64,000 nucleotides of DNA from an uncultured cyanobacterium (GTDB taxonomy: Bacteria; Cyanobacteriota; Cyanobacteriia; Cyanobacteriales; Microcystaceae). The notes below the pieces were generated by a model. The model was not told the DNA's origin and made no database searches. It saw nothing but the letters and a program-made list of their open reading frames with translations. The position numbers and the translations under genes were made by a program. The stretch spans positions 1-64,000 of the forward strand of contig CAWEDJ010000075.1 of assembly GCA_963807635.1 (NCBI GenBank), given 5' to 3'. Below, one piece after another: positions 32,657 through 44,485 of this stretch (positions are counted from its first letter, which is position 1; each line of letters starts with the position of its first letter).

Positions 32657-34690
32657 TTATATTGATGATACATTTTGCGATTGAGAAAAATCATTAAATG
32701 GATTTATATCATCGTCAAAAAGATTTCCTTGTTCGTTATTTTGTAATTCCTGAAGTGTTTCATCCAGATAATAATCAGGTTCTTGAACTGACTCAATTTT
32801 TCTAAGCAAATTAAAAGTTCTTGCATGCGCCCGTCGAAGAATAGTATTGTAAGTTCTAGGATGAATAACTGTATTTTTTCCGTCGGTGAGCGTATCTTCA
32901 TCAAGAGAATTTACATAAGTTCCAAGAACATAGCACACTATTTTAGTTGATTGATTGATTTTTCCACTTCTTCTAAGTTCTTTTGCATATTTTTGCGCTT
33001 GAGTCTTTTCTTCATCTGTAATTGTGAATCCTCCTTTTTTCAGTTCTACTATGACAACTGATCTAAAACCAATAACTTCATGGTTTTCATTAAAATCATC
33101 ACAACCATATATCCCGATAGAACTGTCGGGAAGAACAACAAAATCTGGTCTCTTTCTCGGATGTTCCAAACTTGCTTCTCCAAAAAACTTTTTTACGACG
33201 GTTGCTAATGAACGATTCGATGTAAAACTTATAGACTCAAACTCTGGCCCAAATATCCATAAACCTTTGGCAAATAAAGGTTGTAAGTCATGTAGTTCAT
33301 CTGAAGTATGTTTCTCTACTAAATTCTCAAGTTGCTTGATTAAATCAAGACGATAACGGAGTTCATCAAGAACTTTTTTTGCATCAGTTACACTCCATTC
33401 CTGAAGTATAACCTCTAATTGTTCTAAATCATTAAACGCTAATCGAGATAGTTTTTCGAGAAGAGCATACCCAGATCGAACTTTTTCTAGATTAGCAAGA
33501 ACTTGCACTGTATTATCTAAATCTCTTTGTTGCATTGTTGGGCAAAGAACTTGAACCTCATCTACAAATTGAACGATTTGCTTTTGAGACAATAAAGGGA
33601 GCTTCTTAATATTATCTTTATTGACTTTCATTGCTTCGCGTTTACGCTCTTTTCTTATATCACTTAGCAAAAGACGTAAATCATTTTCGACAAAATCTGA
33701 TACTTGTCTGCTAAGAGAGTTAACAATTGGTGACTGATAAAAACCTGACCAGTCAGGCTTAATATCTCCAAGCAACTGATCAGCTTCAATAACATAAGTA
33801 AACTGTTTTCCTACTGAAGTTCGAGCATCTAATAATGGACGTTCGTAAATTTCCCAAGACGGAATACCAACAAGACGACGGTTTACCCACCAAGCGATAC
33901 CGCTCTGCTTGCTTGTCCGACCCTTTTTTTGGCTATCGAATCGACGAATTTTTAACTCACCATGTTCTGTCAGAAGAGAACTCGTTTCACAAAGATGCTC
34001 AATATCTTCTAATGAAACAAGATTATTATTTACATATATATTAAATTCTGGATCTGCGACAAAACGAGAACCGATTAGTTCTGAAACTTGTGAAGCACTA
34101 AAATCAAACAGTTCTTTTCTTGCTTCAGTATAAATTTTAGTCCCATGTCCATCTTTATTTTTTTTCTCTTCAAGAGTTAATCTAAAAGGAGTTTCCATTA
34201 AACTTCTTTCAACTCTGATTCGATGATATTCACCATTCTTTGTTGTTTCTACAAAATACTTAGACGCAAAACAAAACATTGCATGTCTTCCAACACCATT
34301 ACGCCCAAAAGCAGTTCTTTTTCGTTTTGACGATTTAGGAGGGAATTCTACATTTGTACCCTGCTGTTTTAATCGATTGTAATTTAACTGTGTCCATCTT
34401 TGAGTAAACTCTTCATATGTCATTCCAGTACCATTATCTTCAATGGAGATACAATTGCTGCCGTCTTTCAGCCATTCAATTTTTACCTCATCTGCCCCTG
34501 CATCCCAAGAATTAGCAACGAGTTCAACTAGAGCATAATGTGGATCAGCGATAATATTTCCTGCATGATGTTCAAGAAATTTGTCGCCGAATGTCAATGG
34601 CAGATCGAGTTGCTGATTAATCATATTGGCTAACAGGCTTGTTGTATGTTGTTTTTGATCAGAGTGTTCAGAAATAAGTATTGAAGTCAA
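32657..34690 (-). CDS. GHKL (MORC/MutL-like) ATPase fused to a C-terminal PD-(D/E)XK-like nuclease
   Basis: ELVANSWDA, EDNGTGM, GRNGVGR; C-terminal RPDFVV...IVELKK...QAQKY. No HIP1 sites. Confidence 0.78.
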   Translation of the reverse strand: MTSILISEHSDQKQHTTSLLANMINQQLDLPLTFGDKFLEHHAGNIIADPHYALVELVANSWDAGADEVKIEWLKDGSNCISIEDNGTGMTYEEFTQRWTQLNYNRLKQQGTNVEFPPKSSKRKRTAFGRNGVGRHAMFCFASKYFVETTKNGEYHRIRVERSLMETPFRLTLEEKKNKDGHGTKIYTEARKELFDFSASQVSELIGSRFVADPEFNIYVNNNLVSLEDIEHLCETSSLLTEHGELKIRRFDSQKKGRTSKQSGIAWWVNRRLVGIPSWEIYERPLLDARTSVGKQFTYVIEADQLLGDIKPDWSGFYQSPIVNSLSRQVSDFVENDLRLLLSDIRKERKREAMKVNKDNIKKLPLLSQKQIVQFVDEVQVLCPTMQQRDLDNTVQVLANLEKVRSGYALLEKLSRLAFNDLEQLEVILQEWSVTDAKKVLDELRYRLDLIKQLENLVEKHTSDELHDLQPLFAKGLWIFGPEFESISFTSNRSLATVVKKFFGEASLEHPRKRPDFVVLPDSSIGIYGCDDFNENHEVIGFRSVVIVELKKGGFTITDEEKTQAQKYAKELRRSGKINQSTKIVCYVLGTYVNSLDEDTLTDGKNTVIHPRTYNTILRRAHARTFNLLRKIESVQEPDYYLDETLQELQNNEQGNLFDDDINPFNDFSQSQNVSSI

Positions 34691-34698
34691 TTCAATTT

Positions 34699-37290
34699 TT
34701 AACTAGCAACAAAATTAACCAACTTGCCAGGGACAACAATGACTTTTTTAATCTCTTTGCCCTTTAAAAACTTCTGGAAAATCTCAGAATTACGGGCATA
34801 GTTTTCTAGATCTTCCTTAGTTGCTGCTGATGGAACTTGAATGGTTCCTTTAGTTTTTCCCATGACTTGAATCACTAAGGTAATTTCACCAACCACCAAG
34901 GCTTGGGGATCAAAAGTTAACCAAGTTTGTTGATGAACAGAATCATTGTGTCCCAATTGATGCCAAAGTTCCTCACTAATATGGGGCGCAAAGGGAGCTA
35001 ATAAAATTAACAAAGCTTCGATCGCCTCTTGATAAGCGGGAGACTGTAAACAGTTGGCAGAATTAAGAGCATTATTGAGCTTCATTAATTCGGAAATGGC
35101 GGTATTAAATTGATAATCTCCGTCTAAATCTTCAGCAATTTCTTTGATGGCATGGTGAACCGCTCTGTGTAGGTCTTTTTCGGCTTTAGAATTAAGATTT
35201 TGCAGTTTGGCAGAATTAATCGTTGAGGATTTTTGACCCTGTTTTTCAATATATTCTGTCACTAATCGCCAAACCCGATTGAGGAAGCGAAATTGTCCTT
35301 CTACATCGGCATCGTCCCATTCCAAGTCTTTTTCAGGGGGAGCTTTAAAGAGAATAAACATTCGTGCGGTATCGGCTCCGTATTTCCCTAAAACGGTCTG
35401 GGGATCGACACCGTTGTATTTAGATTTAGACATTTTTTCATAGAAAAATTCCAACTTTTCACCCGTTTCAGCATCAAAATAGAGTTTGTCCCCTTTATCA
35501 ACTCTTACCTTATCAGAAGGAACATATTTACCCGTTTTCGGATTTTTATAGGTTAATGCCTGAACCATGCCCTGGGTTAATAACTTCTCAAAGGGTTCAT
35601 CCACATTCACCAAACCGCGATCGCGTAAAACTTTTGTAAAGAAACGAGAATAAAGCAAATGTAAAATCGCGTGTTCAATGCCGCCCACATACTGATCAAC
35701 TCCCATCCAACCGTTAACTTTCGCTAAATTAAAGGCTTCCTGGGGATTTTGGGCATCGGTATAACGTAAGAAATACCAAGAAGAATCAATAAAAGTGTCC
35801 ATCGTGTCCGTTTCCCGTTTGGCAGGTTCACCACAACTCGGACAGGCTACATTCACCCAACTTTCTAACTTAGCTAAGGGCGATCCTCCCCGACTGCTAA
35901 ATTGGACATTTTCGGGCAATTTAACGGGTAAATCCTCATCAGGAACGGGAACAGTCCCACAGCTAGGGCAATGAATCACAGGAATCGGACAACCCCAATA
36001 ACGTTGACGAGAAATCAACCAATCCCTTAAGCGATACTGAATTCGCGCTTTTCCATAGCCCTGATTTTCGGCATACTTCACAATGGCTGACTTGGCTTTG
36101 GGGGAATCCATGCCAATAAAGCGATCGCTGTTGACGAGGGTTCCTGTGTCCGTATAGGCAGATAATAGACAAATATCCTCATTATCCGCGTCATCAGGCA
36201 GAATAACGACCTTTATGGGTAAATTATTTTCCTTCGCAAATTTAAAATCTCGCACATCATGGGCAGGAACTCCCATCACCGCACCCGTTCCGTATTCATA
36301 AAGGACGTAATTTGCAATCAAAATAGGAATTTCTTCCTCATTAAAGGGATTAATCGCTATTCCTCCTGTTAAAACGCCTTTTTTGGGTTTATCTTCGGCA
36401 GTACGTTCAATTTCGCTCTCACTCTTCACTTCTTGGATAAACGCTTCAACGGCAGATCGGCGATCGCTGGTTGTGACTTGCAGGGTTAACGGATGTTCAG
36501 GAGCCAGGACAAGGTAGGTAACACCATAAACCGTATCGGGACGGGTCGTAAAAACGGCAATTTTCTCTGTGCTATCCTTAATCGGAAATTCTAAATAGGC
36601 TCCGACCGACTTCCCGATCCAGTTCGCCTGCATGGTTTTCACCCGTTCTGGCCAACCCGATAATTTATCCAAATCATTTAATAATTGTTCGGCATAGTCC
36701 GTAATTTTCAGAAACCACTGCCGCAATAATTTTCGTTCAACCTTTGCCCCCGATCGCCAGGATTTTCCCTCACTATCCACCTGCTCATTAGCCAGCACCG
36801 TTTGATCAATCGGGTCCCAATTCACCGCCGCTTCTTTTTGGTAAGCCAAACCTGCTTCATAAAATTGCAAAAATAACCACTGCGTCCATCGGTAATAATC
36901 AGGGGAACAGGTCGCCACTTCCCGATCCCAATCAATGGATAACCCTAATTGTTGGAGTTGCTGCTTCATCTGGAGCATATTTTGATTCGTCCATTCAGCA
37001 GGGGGTATTCCCCGATCAATGGCGGCATTTTCTGCGGGCAAACCAAAGGCATCCCAGCCCATTGGATGTAACACCCGATATCCCTGCATCCGTTTGACGC
37101 GAGCGATCACATCCGTAATCGTGTAATTGCGCACATGGCCCATGTGGAGACTGCCCGAAGGATAGGGAAACATCGACAGCGCGTAAAATTTGGGGAGGCT
37201 AGAATCTTCTGGGGTTTGGTCTAATCCCATGTCAGCCCAGTTTTTTTGCCATTTTTGCTCAATGTCCGCAGGGTTATATGGGGATGCCAC
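34699..37290 (-). CDS. leuS: Leucine--tRNA ligase
   Basis: MFPYPSG.LHMGH, KMSKS, editing-domain [12 protein letters not shown]. Confidence 0.98.
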   Translation of the reverse strand: MASPYNPADIEQKWQKNWADMGLDQTPEDSSLPKFYALSMFPYPSGSLHMGHVRNYTITDVIARVKRMQGYRVLHPMGWDAFGLPAENAAIDRGIPPAEWTNQNMLQMKQQLQQLGLSIDWDREVATCSPDYYRWTQWLFLQFYEAGLAYQKEAAVNWDPIDQTVLANEQVDSEGKSWRSGAKVERKLLRQWFLKITDYAEQLLNDLDKLSGWPERVKTMQANWIGKSVGAYLEFPIKDSTEKIAVFTTRPDTVYGVTYLVLAPEHPLTLQVTTSDRRSAVEAFIQEVKSESEIERTAEDKPKKGVLTGGIAINPFNEEEIPILIANYVLYEYGTGAVMGVPAHDVRDFKFAKENNLPIKVVILPDDADNEDICLLSAYTDTGTLVNSDRFIGMDSPKAKSAIVKYAENQGYGKARIQYRLRDWLISRQRYWGCPIPVIHCPSCGTVPVPDEDLPVKLPENVQFSSRGGSPLAKLESWVNVACPSCGEPAKRETDTMDTFIDSSWYFLRYTDAQNPQEAFNLAKVNGWMGVDQYVGGIEHAILHLLYSRFFTKVLRDRGLVNVDEPFEKLLTQGMVQALTYKNPKTGKYVPSDKVRVDKGDKLYFDAETGEKLEFFYEKMSKSKYNGVDPQTVLGKYGADTARMFILFKAPPEKDLEWDDADVEGQFRFLNRVWRLVTEYIEKQGQKSSTINSAKLQNLNSKAEKDLHRAVHHAIKEIAEDLDGDYQFNTAISELMKLNNALNSANCLQSPAYQEAIEALLILLAPFAPHISEELWHQLGHNDSVHQQTWLTFDPQALVVGEITLVIQVMGKTKGTIQVPSAATKEDLENYARNSEIFQKFLKGKEIKKVIVVPGKLVNFVAS

Positions 37291-37394
37291 GATGACTGGT
37301 GCGCTCCTATGCTCAGGTGATTACAGATTTGTCATTGTAACATTGTTGGTAAGGGCATAGTTGATAAGGGATAATTGTTAATTAGAAAGGTTGA

Positions 37395-37823
37395 TTAATT
37401 ATTGCTCAAATAAATCTCTATATTTCTCGTATTCCAGGTAGCAATACCAACTCCAAAAAAGTCTTGATCTTCAGTCCAAACTGGACTATTCAAGGATAAA
37501 GTGAGAGCGAGTATTGACCAATCATTTAAGTCTTGTTCTCCTATCCTTTTTTTTGCATCGTCTTCATACTCACTATAAATTTCCTGGGCAATCGGTATCA
37601 CTATTTTTGTGAGTTTTTCAATAGCATCTGAGAACGTTTCTAACGGCAGGTTTTGTTTCTGGAGAATCTGTGGTAAGTGATTACTTAATTCTTGATAGCA
37701 CAATGCAGGAGTTACAAATTTACAATGAAAATGATATTTTTCTAGTAAAATAGGAACTCTCTCCCCTAAGATTGCTCGAATCAGAATATTAGTGTCAAGG
37801 ACAATCAATTTGCTCATCGTCAT
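37395..37823 (-). CDS. PIN-domain toxin
   Basis: IVLDTNILI ... DLND...LAL ... WTEDQDF. Confidence 0.88.
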   Translation of the reverse strand: MTMSKLIVLDTNILIRAILGERVPILLEKYHFHCKFVTPALCYQELSNHLPQILQKQNLPLETFSDAIEKLTKIVIPIAQEIYSEYEDDAKKRIGEQDLNDWSILALTLSLNSPVWTEDQDFFGVGIATWNTRNIEIYLSNN

Positions 37824-38080
37824 CGGGCATTTTTCTGAGCATTTTGAAAATCAGCTAATAAGTCATCTTCAGTAATTCCTTTTGTTTCTAATAGTTGTCT
37901 AATTTTTTGGGCAGCTTCTTGCAGGGCGATAAAGTCTTGTTTTTGTGGGGTTTGTTGGGTTGGTATGTAGTAACCGATAGGTACACCATGAGAAGTAATG
38001 GCGATCGGCTCCGAGGTTTGCTTTGTGTATTTTTGTAAGTTAGCCCGAAATTCTTTAATCCCAACAGATTGGATTTCCAT
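37820..38080 (-). CDS. Phd/YefM-like antitoxin
   Basis: VGIKEFRANL...PIAITSHG; ATGA overlap with the PIN gene. Confidence 0.82.
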   Translation of the reverse strand: MEIQSVGIKEFRANLQKYTKQTSEPIAITSHGVPIGYYIPTQQTPQKQDFIALQEAAQKIRQLLETKGITEDDLLADFQNAQKNAR

Positions 38081-38217
38081 AACAGTCACGCTCCAAAATG
38101 TGTACACATGGTTACACTATAGCATGGGATAATATTAAAGGCGATCGCTTTCCAGACAATTTTGCTATGATTTTACTCGTAGAAAGATCATCTGAAAATC
38201 AGTGAGATTAAAAATTA

Positions 38218-38420
38218 ATGACAAAATACACAACTTTATCTGAGGAGTTAAGTCAACTTCCCAGGGAACGACAAGAAGCTATTCAGACAAGAGCTTCTGA
38301 GATTTATAAGGAGGATAAACGAGAAGTATTGATTGATGAAATTCTCCACAAAAAATAACATGATTCAAGTTGTTTTTGATACTCATATTTTAATTTCTGC
38401 TCTATTGCCCATAAATACAA
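38218..38420 (+). pseudogene. Remnants of a second TA pair (antitoxin N-terminus and PIN N-terminus)
   Basis: MTKYTTLSEELSQLPRERQEAIQTRASEI from 38218 and MIQVVFDTHILISALL from 38360; both decay after a few dozen codons. Confidence 0.5.
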
Positions 38421-38577
38421 ATCAAAGATTTAAATCCATTTCTGGCGTAGTGATACTATCTCTATATTCTCGTAAATTTTCAACAAAAATTAAGGCTTTT
38501 TCATATCTAGAATCTTGCTCTAAAATACCTTGTTGAGCTAGTTTTTTCATTTGTTTAATAAAATTAGTTAGAAGATC

Positions 38578-41184
38578 TCAGCATTGGGCCTCTTCATTTT
38601 TCAAAACTTTTCTATGGGAACTAATCCTTTGTCTTGTTTTCCAATCACGAGTTCCCACTAAGATATTTTTAATCTCATTATCATTATATTCTATCGAGTC
38701 ATCAGGTAAAACTTCGATAATTTCTATAAAAGTAGGATAGTTGATCTTTCCTGTTTGAGTAAAATGTGGGTTTATGGATGCAATATCGATCCCTAGTGAT
38801 ATTAATGCAATTGGAATTAATTCCCTAGTTTGTGAGCATATATTTCTATAATTTTCGACAATATTTTTAACACCTAAAGTATTGCTATTGCTCAACAATT
38901 CTTCCATTGATGATAAAAGTAAATATCTAGATAAAGAATTGTCTTGACAAGAAGAATGTAAACAATTTCTCCAATTATCTATATTTTTCGTCGAAGTAGA
39001 ACAAGCTGTCCAAAGCTGATCGTTCATTACATTTCCCACATTATCAGACCATTGAATCAAATCGTCACCTACACATTTTTGCAAAAGATTTTTGAATATT
39101 ACTATAGATTGCTGGAGATTCCGAAGCATAAATGATGTGCATATATCATCATTTGATTCTATGAATATTCGTGATCCAGAATAGGCATAAGAAACGTTAT
39201 CATGCATCTTTATATTTACATCACTTTTGATAATTTTCAGTAAAAATATGCGAAGTGATTCCCTTGAAAATCTATCATATTGATCATGGATAATACCATA
39301 GGCTAAATCCCATTGTTGTATCTCGATACATTGTTCAATGAATGACTCAACATCAACTATTGGTGCAAGTCCAGCCCATAGAAAAATAACAGTATTCCAC
39401 TTATCATCATTACGATGTTCAAATAAACAAAGGCGGTCTATCCTATGTCCAAATTCATCTCTTTGATTTCCTTGAAAAACACATTCAGCAACGAAGTATT
39501 CAGCTAGGCTCTTATGTACAAAGCTGTAAGTACCAGGCCCGATAATTAGCCCTGATCTCTCTCGAAGAGATGAAAGTACATCTTCTTCAGAAAAAGTTTT
39601 TCTCATTTTTGTAAGTAATTGCTTCATAATTTCTAATGCTGTCGATTCCTCTATTTGTTCTTCTTCTCGAAGAAACATTTTTAGAGCTAATCCTTGCATT
39701 AGTTGTCGTTTCTCTTCTAAAGAAAGTTCTATAGAAGTTGCATTGACTGTTCGACGACTATCCCATACACCTAACATGCCGTCAACATAACGTTGATAAA
39801 GTTTGGAACGTCCATTAGGAAGACTACCATCAAGGTGATGAACCGTTAATAATGTTGATAGTAATAATGGATTTCCTGTCAAAAAACCAAGTGTGGGATC
39901 GTTAAGCCAGTTTGAAGCAAGTTCAGAAGCATTAATTTCACGACTTTTATCCTGAAGCAATGGCGTATATTTATACCAACGCTGCATATAATCAATAATT
40001 CGCTCTTGATCAAAAGGTTCTATATTCCATAATCGAAAACTAGACTGTAATCGTTCTAGGTGATCTGTTGTTATGGGACGGGATGTTAATATAATCGGAC
40101 ACTTTTCTAGTACAAGGAGTAAGACATTGACCCAATCGCAAACTAAATCTCTGGCATCATGACGAATTTCATCAAAACCATCTAAAATAAAAATAATCTG
40201 TTTTTCTTCAATCCATTTCTTAATTCGTTCTGAAGTAATGTCTTCCGATAAATGCTGCCCAACCTCGGTTCTGATTATGTCTTGATAAGATGGCAAAAGC
40301 AAAGACTTATTTAATAAATTTCGTAATTCAACCCTTATACAAATTCCATCCCATTTAGGGCTTAAAGCTTCTCTTTGCAACCATTTTGCCCAAGTAGATT
40401 TTCCTGCACCAGATTGACCAGTAATAATTGTTTTGTTGTTATTAATCGCAAATAATCTAAAACTTTCGTCATTTGTTCCAACGACATTGCCCAGCTTTGA
40501 ATCATTTTTCTCTTGAATTTTTTCTTTAATCTCAGGATGTACAAAAAAGTTCTCAAATTTTCCCGAAGTTACGTTTTCTGACCTTAAGCCTGTTAAATCA
40601 AGCTCACGTAATTCAATTTTTTGAGTAAGTTTTTGTCGTACTATTTTTAGAGTTGAGTCCGCCAACTTTGACTATGACGTTGCCAATTCATCAACTTTTT
40701 CAAATATTGTTTTTAATTGAGTTGTAAGTTCATCAAAACGTCTATAACTCTCTGACCAAGCTTCACTTTCCCAATCTTTTACAACCGAAGGTATTTTACA
40801 GAGTAAAGTTGCTATATGAGGAAATAAAATTGCGTAAATTTCCGTTAATCCATCTTCAATCACTACTGTTGGCAGAGAGCGATCAACATAACAATCATCA
40901 AAAATATTTTGCCCGTTAAGAGAACCTTTAAACAACAAGTCAGGTGTTTGTGTAAGGGGTCGTAATTCTTCAACACAAGTCTCAATTAAGCGACGTTGTT
41001 TATCCTCAGATATTTTTTCTTGAGAAAGAAATGGTAAAATCGGTTCCACAACTTCTGCTATCACAGTTTCTACCTGATTTTTGATTTTTCGCTGTTTGAA
41101 AAAATCAAGATTCTTATATTTGGTAGAAATCACCTCCGACACGAGGTTTGTAATAATCCCAAAAATAAATTCTGCTAATCCCAT
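38578..41184 (-). pseudogene. NACHT (STAND) NTPase interrupted by one in-frame TAG at 40674-40672
   Basis: Walker A GQSGAGKS, Walker B FILDGFDE, ILTSR, GNPLLL, FVHKSLAEYF. The 170-aa and 695-aa ORFs share one frame. Confidence 0.82.
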
Positions 41185-41545
41185 CGTTAGTCAATGTTTA
41201 TTTTTCGTAGTTTCGCTATTTTACAATGTAGCAGATCTCATACTAATTTTCAAAAGTCATGTCGTAGATCAGGCTAGTCAGAGCCTTACCCAGAAAAGAT
41301 CACCTTCGTCATCACTAAAGAAAAATGATATTAGTCAAATCAGGGGAGCCTAAAACCTTATAAGTCAATTATTATAAAGCTCGTGAGTTGCCCTCACTAC
41401 AATGAAAACTTCTACAGAATGCGATCGCCCTTTTAAATGAGATTGATACCAAATTCTGTTGTAAGATCCCACTTAAAATCAAGGCAGAATTACGATATAA
41501 AGATTTTGCGACACAAGGAGTTGAGAAGTTTTTTTTCAAAATAGA

Positions 41546-41579
41546 AGAAAAAATCCCACCTGAACTTTTCAGATGGAAC
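41546..41579 (-). terminator. Intrinsic terminator downstream of the DUF3155 gene
   Basis: Minus strand CCATCTGAA-AAG-TTCAGGTGG followed by GATTTTTTCTT. Confidence 0.65.
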
Positions 41580-41617
41580 TACTTGGGTTTTACTATACAA
41601 GTTCTGAGATGTTAGTC

Positions 41618-41947
41618 CTATCGGGCAACGCTCGCCGCCGCAACAGGAGTCTTTGCTGGAGGAGCAGGAGGCTGATATTCTTTTAAGCTGGGGAAAAGAA
41701 AATGATTCTCTTCGACATACTGGGCACCGAATAATCCTTTTTCGGCCCAAAAATATCGGTCGGTAGTATGCTCATTTCGTTTTACAATTAGCAAAGCAGG
41801 AGGTTGAATTCCCACGGACTGAATATATTTGCGAGCGGCAGTAACGGGTTTGTCTTCGCCACTCTCAATGCTATATTGGGGTACTAACTCTAGAATTTTG
41901 CGTCCTTCCTGGCGGCGACGACTTTTGCGTTTACGTTTCCTTGCCAA
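41618..41947 (-). CDS. DUF3155-family conserved cyanobacterial protein
   Basis: ARKRKRKSRRRQEGRKILE...RYFWAEKGLFGAQYVEENHFLFPSL. Confidence 0.85.
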   Translation of the reverse strand: MARKRKRKSRRRQEGRKILELVPQYSIESGEDKPVTAARKYIQSVGIQPPALLIVKRNEHTTDRYFWAEKGLFGAQYVEENHFLFPSLKEYQPPAPPAKTPVAAASVAR

Positions 41948-42178
41948 CCCAATTACCTCCTGTTCCAGCTACATGCTGTAATTATAGTTACAAAATTTGT
42001 TCTGATTGTATCCGTTTTAACTTAGAAAATCAAGGGGATCAGAGGAGTTTTTAGGGAGAAAAAAAAGAAAAAACAACCATCGTTCCTTGGCTTATTGACT
42101 TCTTTGTTGAACAAAGGGACTATTTATGCCTTGCAGGAAAATTAATATTTCTTAACAAAACGCGATTTTAGGGTTTTC

Positions 42179-43527
42179 ATGTCTTCCTCTGAATGTTTGC
42201 CAAACTTGCCCAGTCCCGAATTCGTCACTCTATGTCAGGCGCAGTCTCGGCTTGTTCAGCAGGGTTTTCAAGTGGATTGGTGTGGCGTTTATTTAACCCG
42301 CTCTCACTCTGAGGTAGAAGATTCTGAGTTAATTCCTATTGTGGTTTATCCCTCATCGGAGGCAACTTCCTATGCCAGTTCACCGTTAATCACCCTAACG
42401 AGACAAAAAGAAAATAATCCCCTAACGTTGCCTGGATTATTACTCTCAGTGCAGGATTCCGTTGAAACTTGGGATTCGGAGGAGATTCTGCCCTATTCAT
42501 CGGGGGAGCATCCCCAATTGGTTTTTCCGTTAGTTTACCAAGAAGTGATGTTGGGAGTATTGGTAACGGGACGGGAATCTGCGCCCTGGCAAGCAGAAGA
42601 GGTTGCTCAGTTAGAAAATATTGCCCATACCCTAGCGATCGCCTGTTTTTTAGACCAACAAAAAAGCTGGTATTTAACCCAATTAAGACAACAGCAAAGG
42701 CGACGGGAGTGGGAACGGGATCACTTGGATGATCTATTCCATCAATTACGAAATCCCCTGACGGCGTTGCGGACTTTTAGTAAATTATTGCTCAAACGGT
42801 TTTGGGGAGATGATAAAACCCAAGCGGTGATTGAAGGGATTGGGCGGGAAAGTTATCATCTTCAGGAATTACTTCGGCCTTCGAGGGAGATTTGGCTCGG
42901 AGTGATCAAGAAATTACGGTTCCGATTTGGGACACGGAAACGCTACCAGAAAATGTGTTGGCTCCTGTTTCGACTTTTTTATTACCCAGTTCTAGCCTTC
43001 CTTTGAGTCCCGTTGATTTAACGACGGTGCTTAGGCCGATTTTGTCTTGTGAAGAAGCGATCGCCCAGGAAAAACAGATTGAATTAGATGGGATTCTTCC
43101 TGATCATTTATCTCCGATTTTAGGAAATGCGGCGGCTCTTAGGGAAATTTTTAGTAATTTAATCGATAATGCCTTGAAATATACTCCATCAGGAGGCAAG
43201 GTTCGAGTGACAATGGGACTCATGGCTTCTTTTGAAACCGAACAATGGCAGGGAGTAGAAATTGCTGATACGGGCTACGGTATCCCCAAAAAAGACCAGG
43301 ATCACGTTTTTGAACGACATTATCGGGGAATTCAATCCGAGGGGGATATTCCAGGGACGGGATTAGGTCTGGCGATCGTCAAGGAATTAGTGGAAAAAAT
43401 GCGGGGAAAAATTGAAATTACTAGTCCCAATCATTTGAGTCTTGATGTCCAATATCCAGGGACGAGCGTTACCCTTTGGTTTTTGTTAGAGAATCAAAAA
43501 ATGGGAGTTGCACTAGATCAAGATTAG
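42179..43527 (+). CDS. hik2: GAF histidine kinase Hik2 (chloroplast sensor kinase homologue); one slip near 42877
   Basis: SPEFVTLCQAQ, DDLFHQLRNPLTALRTF, NLIDNALKYT, PGTGLGL. Confidence 0.8.
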
Positions 43528-43595
43528 GACAAGATGGGGTAGGAAAGGCGATCGCCCGCTATCTTCGCTTAAATTTACAGCGTGTTTAATCAAGA

Positions 43596-44382
43596 GAGAG
43601 TTTCAAGCAAGTAATGCTAACTTCCAGTTGCGTAACAAATGAATACTACCATTGACTCTAAATCTGGCGAATAAAGCCATAGTCAGGTCAACCATTTCTA
43701 CTGAGCGAGACACAACTTTCGTTTTTCGATGAAAACGGGCAAACCAATGGCGATTATCCGAATTATTCCTTTCTATCCCTACTGTTTCGCTCTTCGTAAT
43801 TACATGAAACGCATCGGGATGCTCGTCTAGCAATTCTCTATAGGGCTTCCAATCATCTGTGCAGTAGACGGTTACTTTCCATGACAACAACCGTTTCAGC
43901 ATTTTTGCTAAGGTTTGACTATCACGACCTCCTAACTCCCAGTCGATAAGTCTCCCACTATTACGGTCATAAGCTTTCCACACCCACAATTTATTCTTTT
44001 TTTTTCTATGAAATGCCAGAGTTCGTCTAACTCAACAACTACGGCTATCCCAGGTTCTGGCTTTTCTTTGTTCAGCTTAGCGAAATCTCTAATCCAATTT
44101 AAGACGGCTTGAGCGGAAACATTGAGATGATTAGCGATGGCGTTCATCGACATCCCTCCTAAATAGAGTAAGACGGCATCGAGTTTCATCCAGAGGGGCT
44201 TACCTCGTTCTGTTGTTGGTTGAGTAAATTGGTAATTACAGGATTTACACTTATATCGCTGCTTTCCCTTGACAAAGCCACTTTTGATGATGTGCTGATG
44301 TTCGCATTTTGGACATTGGTTCATCATTCTGTTCCTTGAACTTTACTCTTTTACAGACTAGCATTATCTACTTGATACTCTC
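43596..44382 (-). mobile_element. IS1-family element (InsA 44327-43932, InsB 43989-43603, -1 frameshift at A9G)
   Basis: 24-bp imperfect TIRs GAGAGTTTCAAGCAAGTAATGCTA and GAGAGTATCAAGTAGATAATGCTA; CPKC...CKSC zinc ribbon, ELDELW, YCTDDW, IERNN. Confidence 0.93.
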
Positions 44383-44485
44383 GGTAACTCAGGGAGATAA
44401 CAAAAATAATGCTGATAATAGTGAGGATAAACTGATATAGAAACCGATTTTTGCTAATCCAGTGACTAAAACCAAAATTTTTCAT
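44383..44485 (-). pseudogene. N-terminus of a secreted or membrane protein truncated by IS1
   Basis: MKNFGFSHWISKNRFLYQFILTIISIIFVISLSY runs directly into the IS end. Confidence 0.45.

Noticed and set aside
43990..44010. IS1 frameshift as a defect or a novelty
   Set aside because: A -1 shift on an A-run between InsA and InsB is the normal IS1 expression mechanism.
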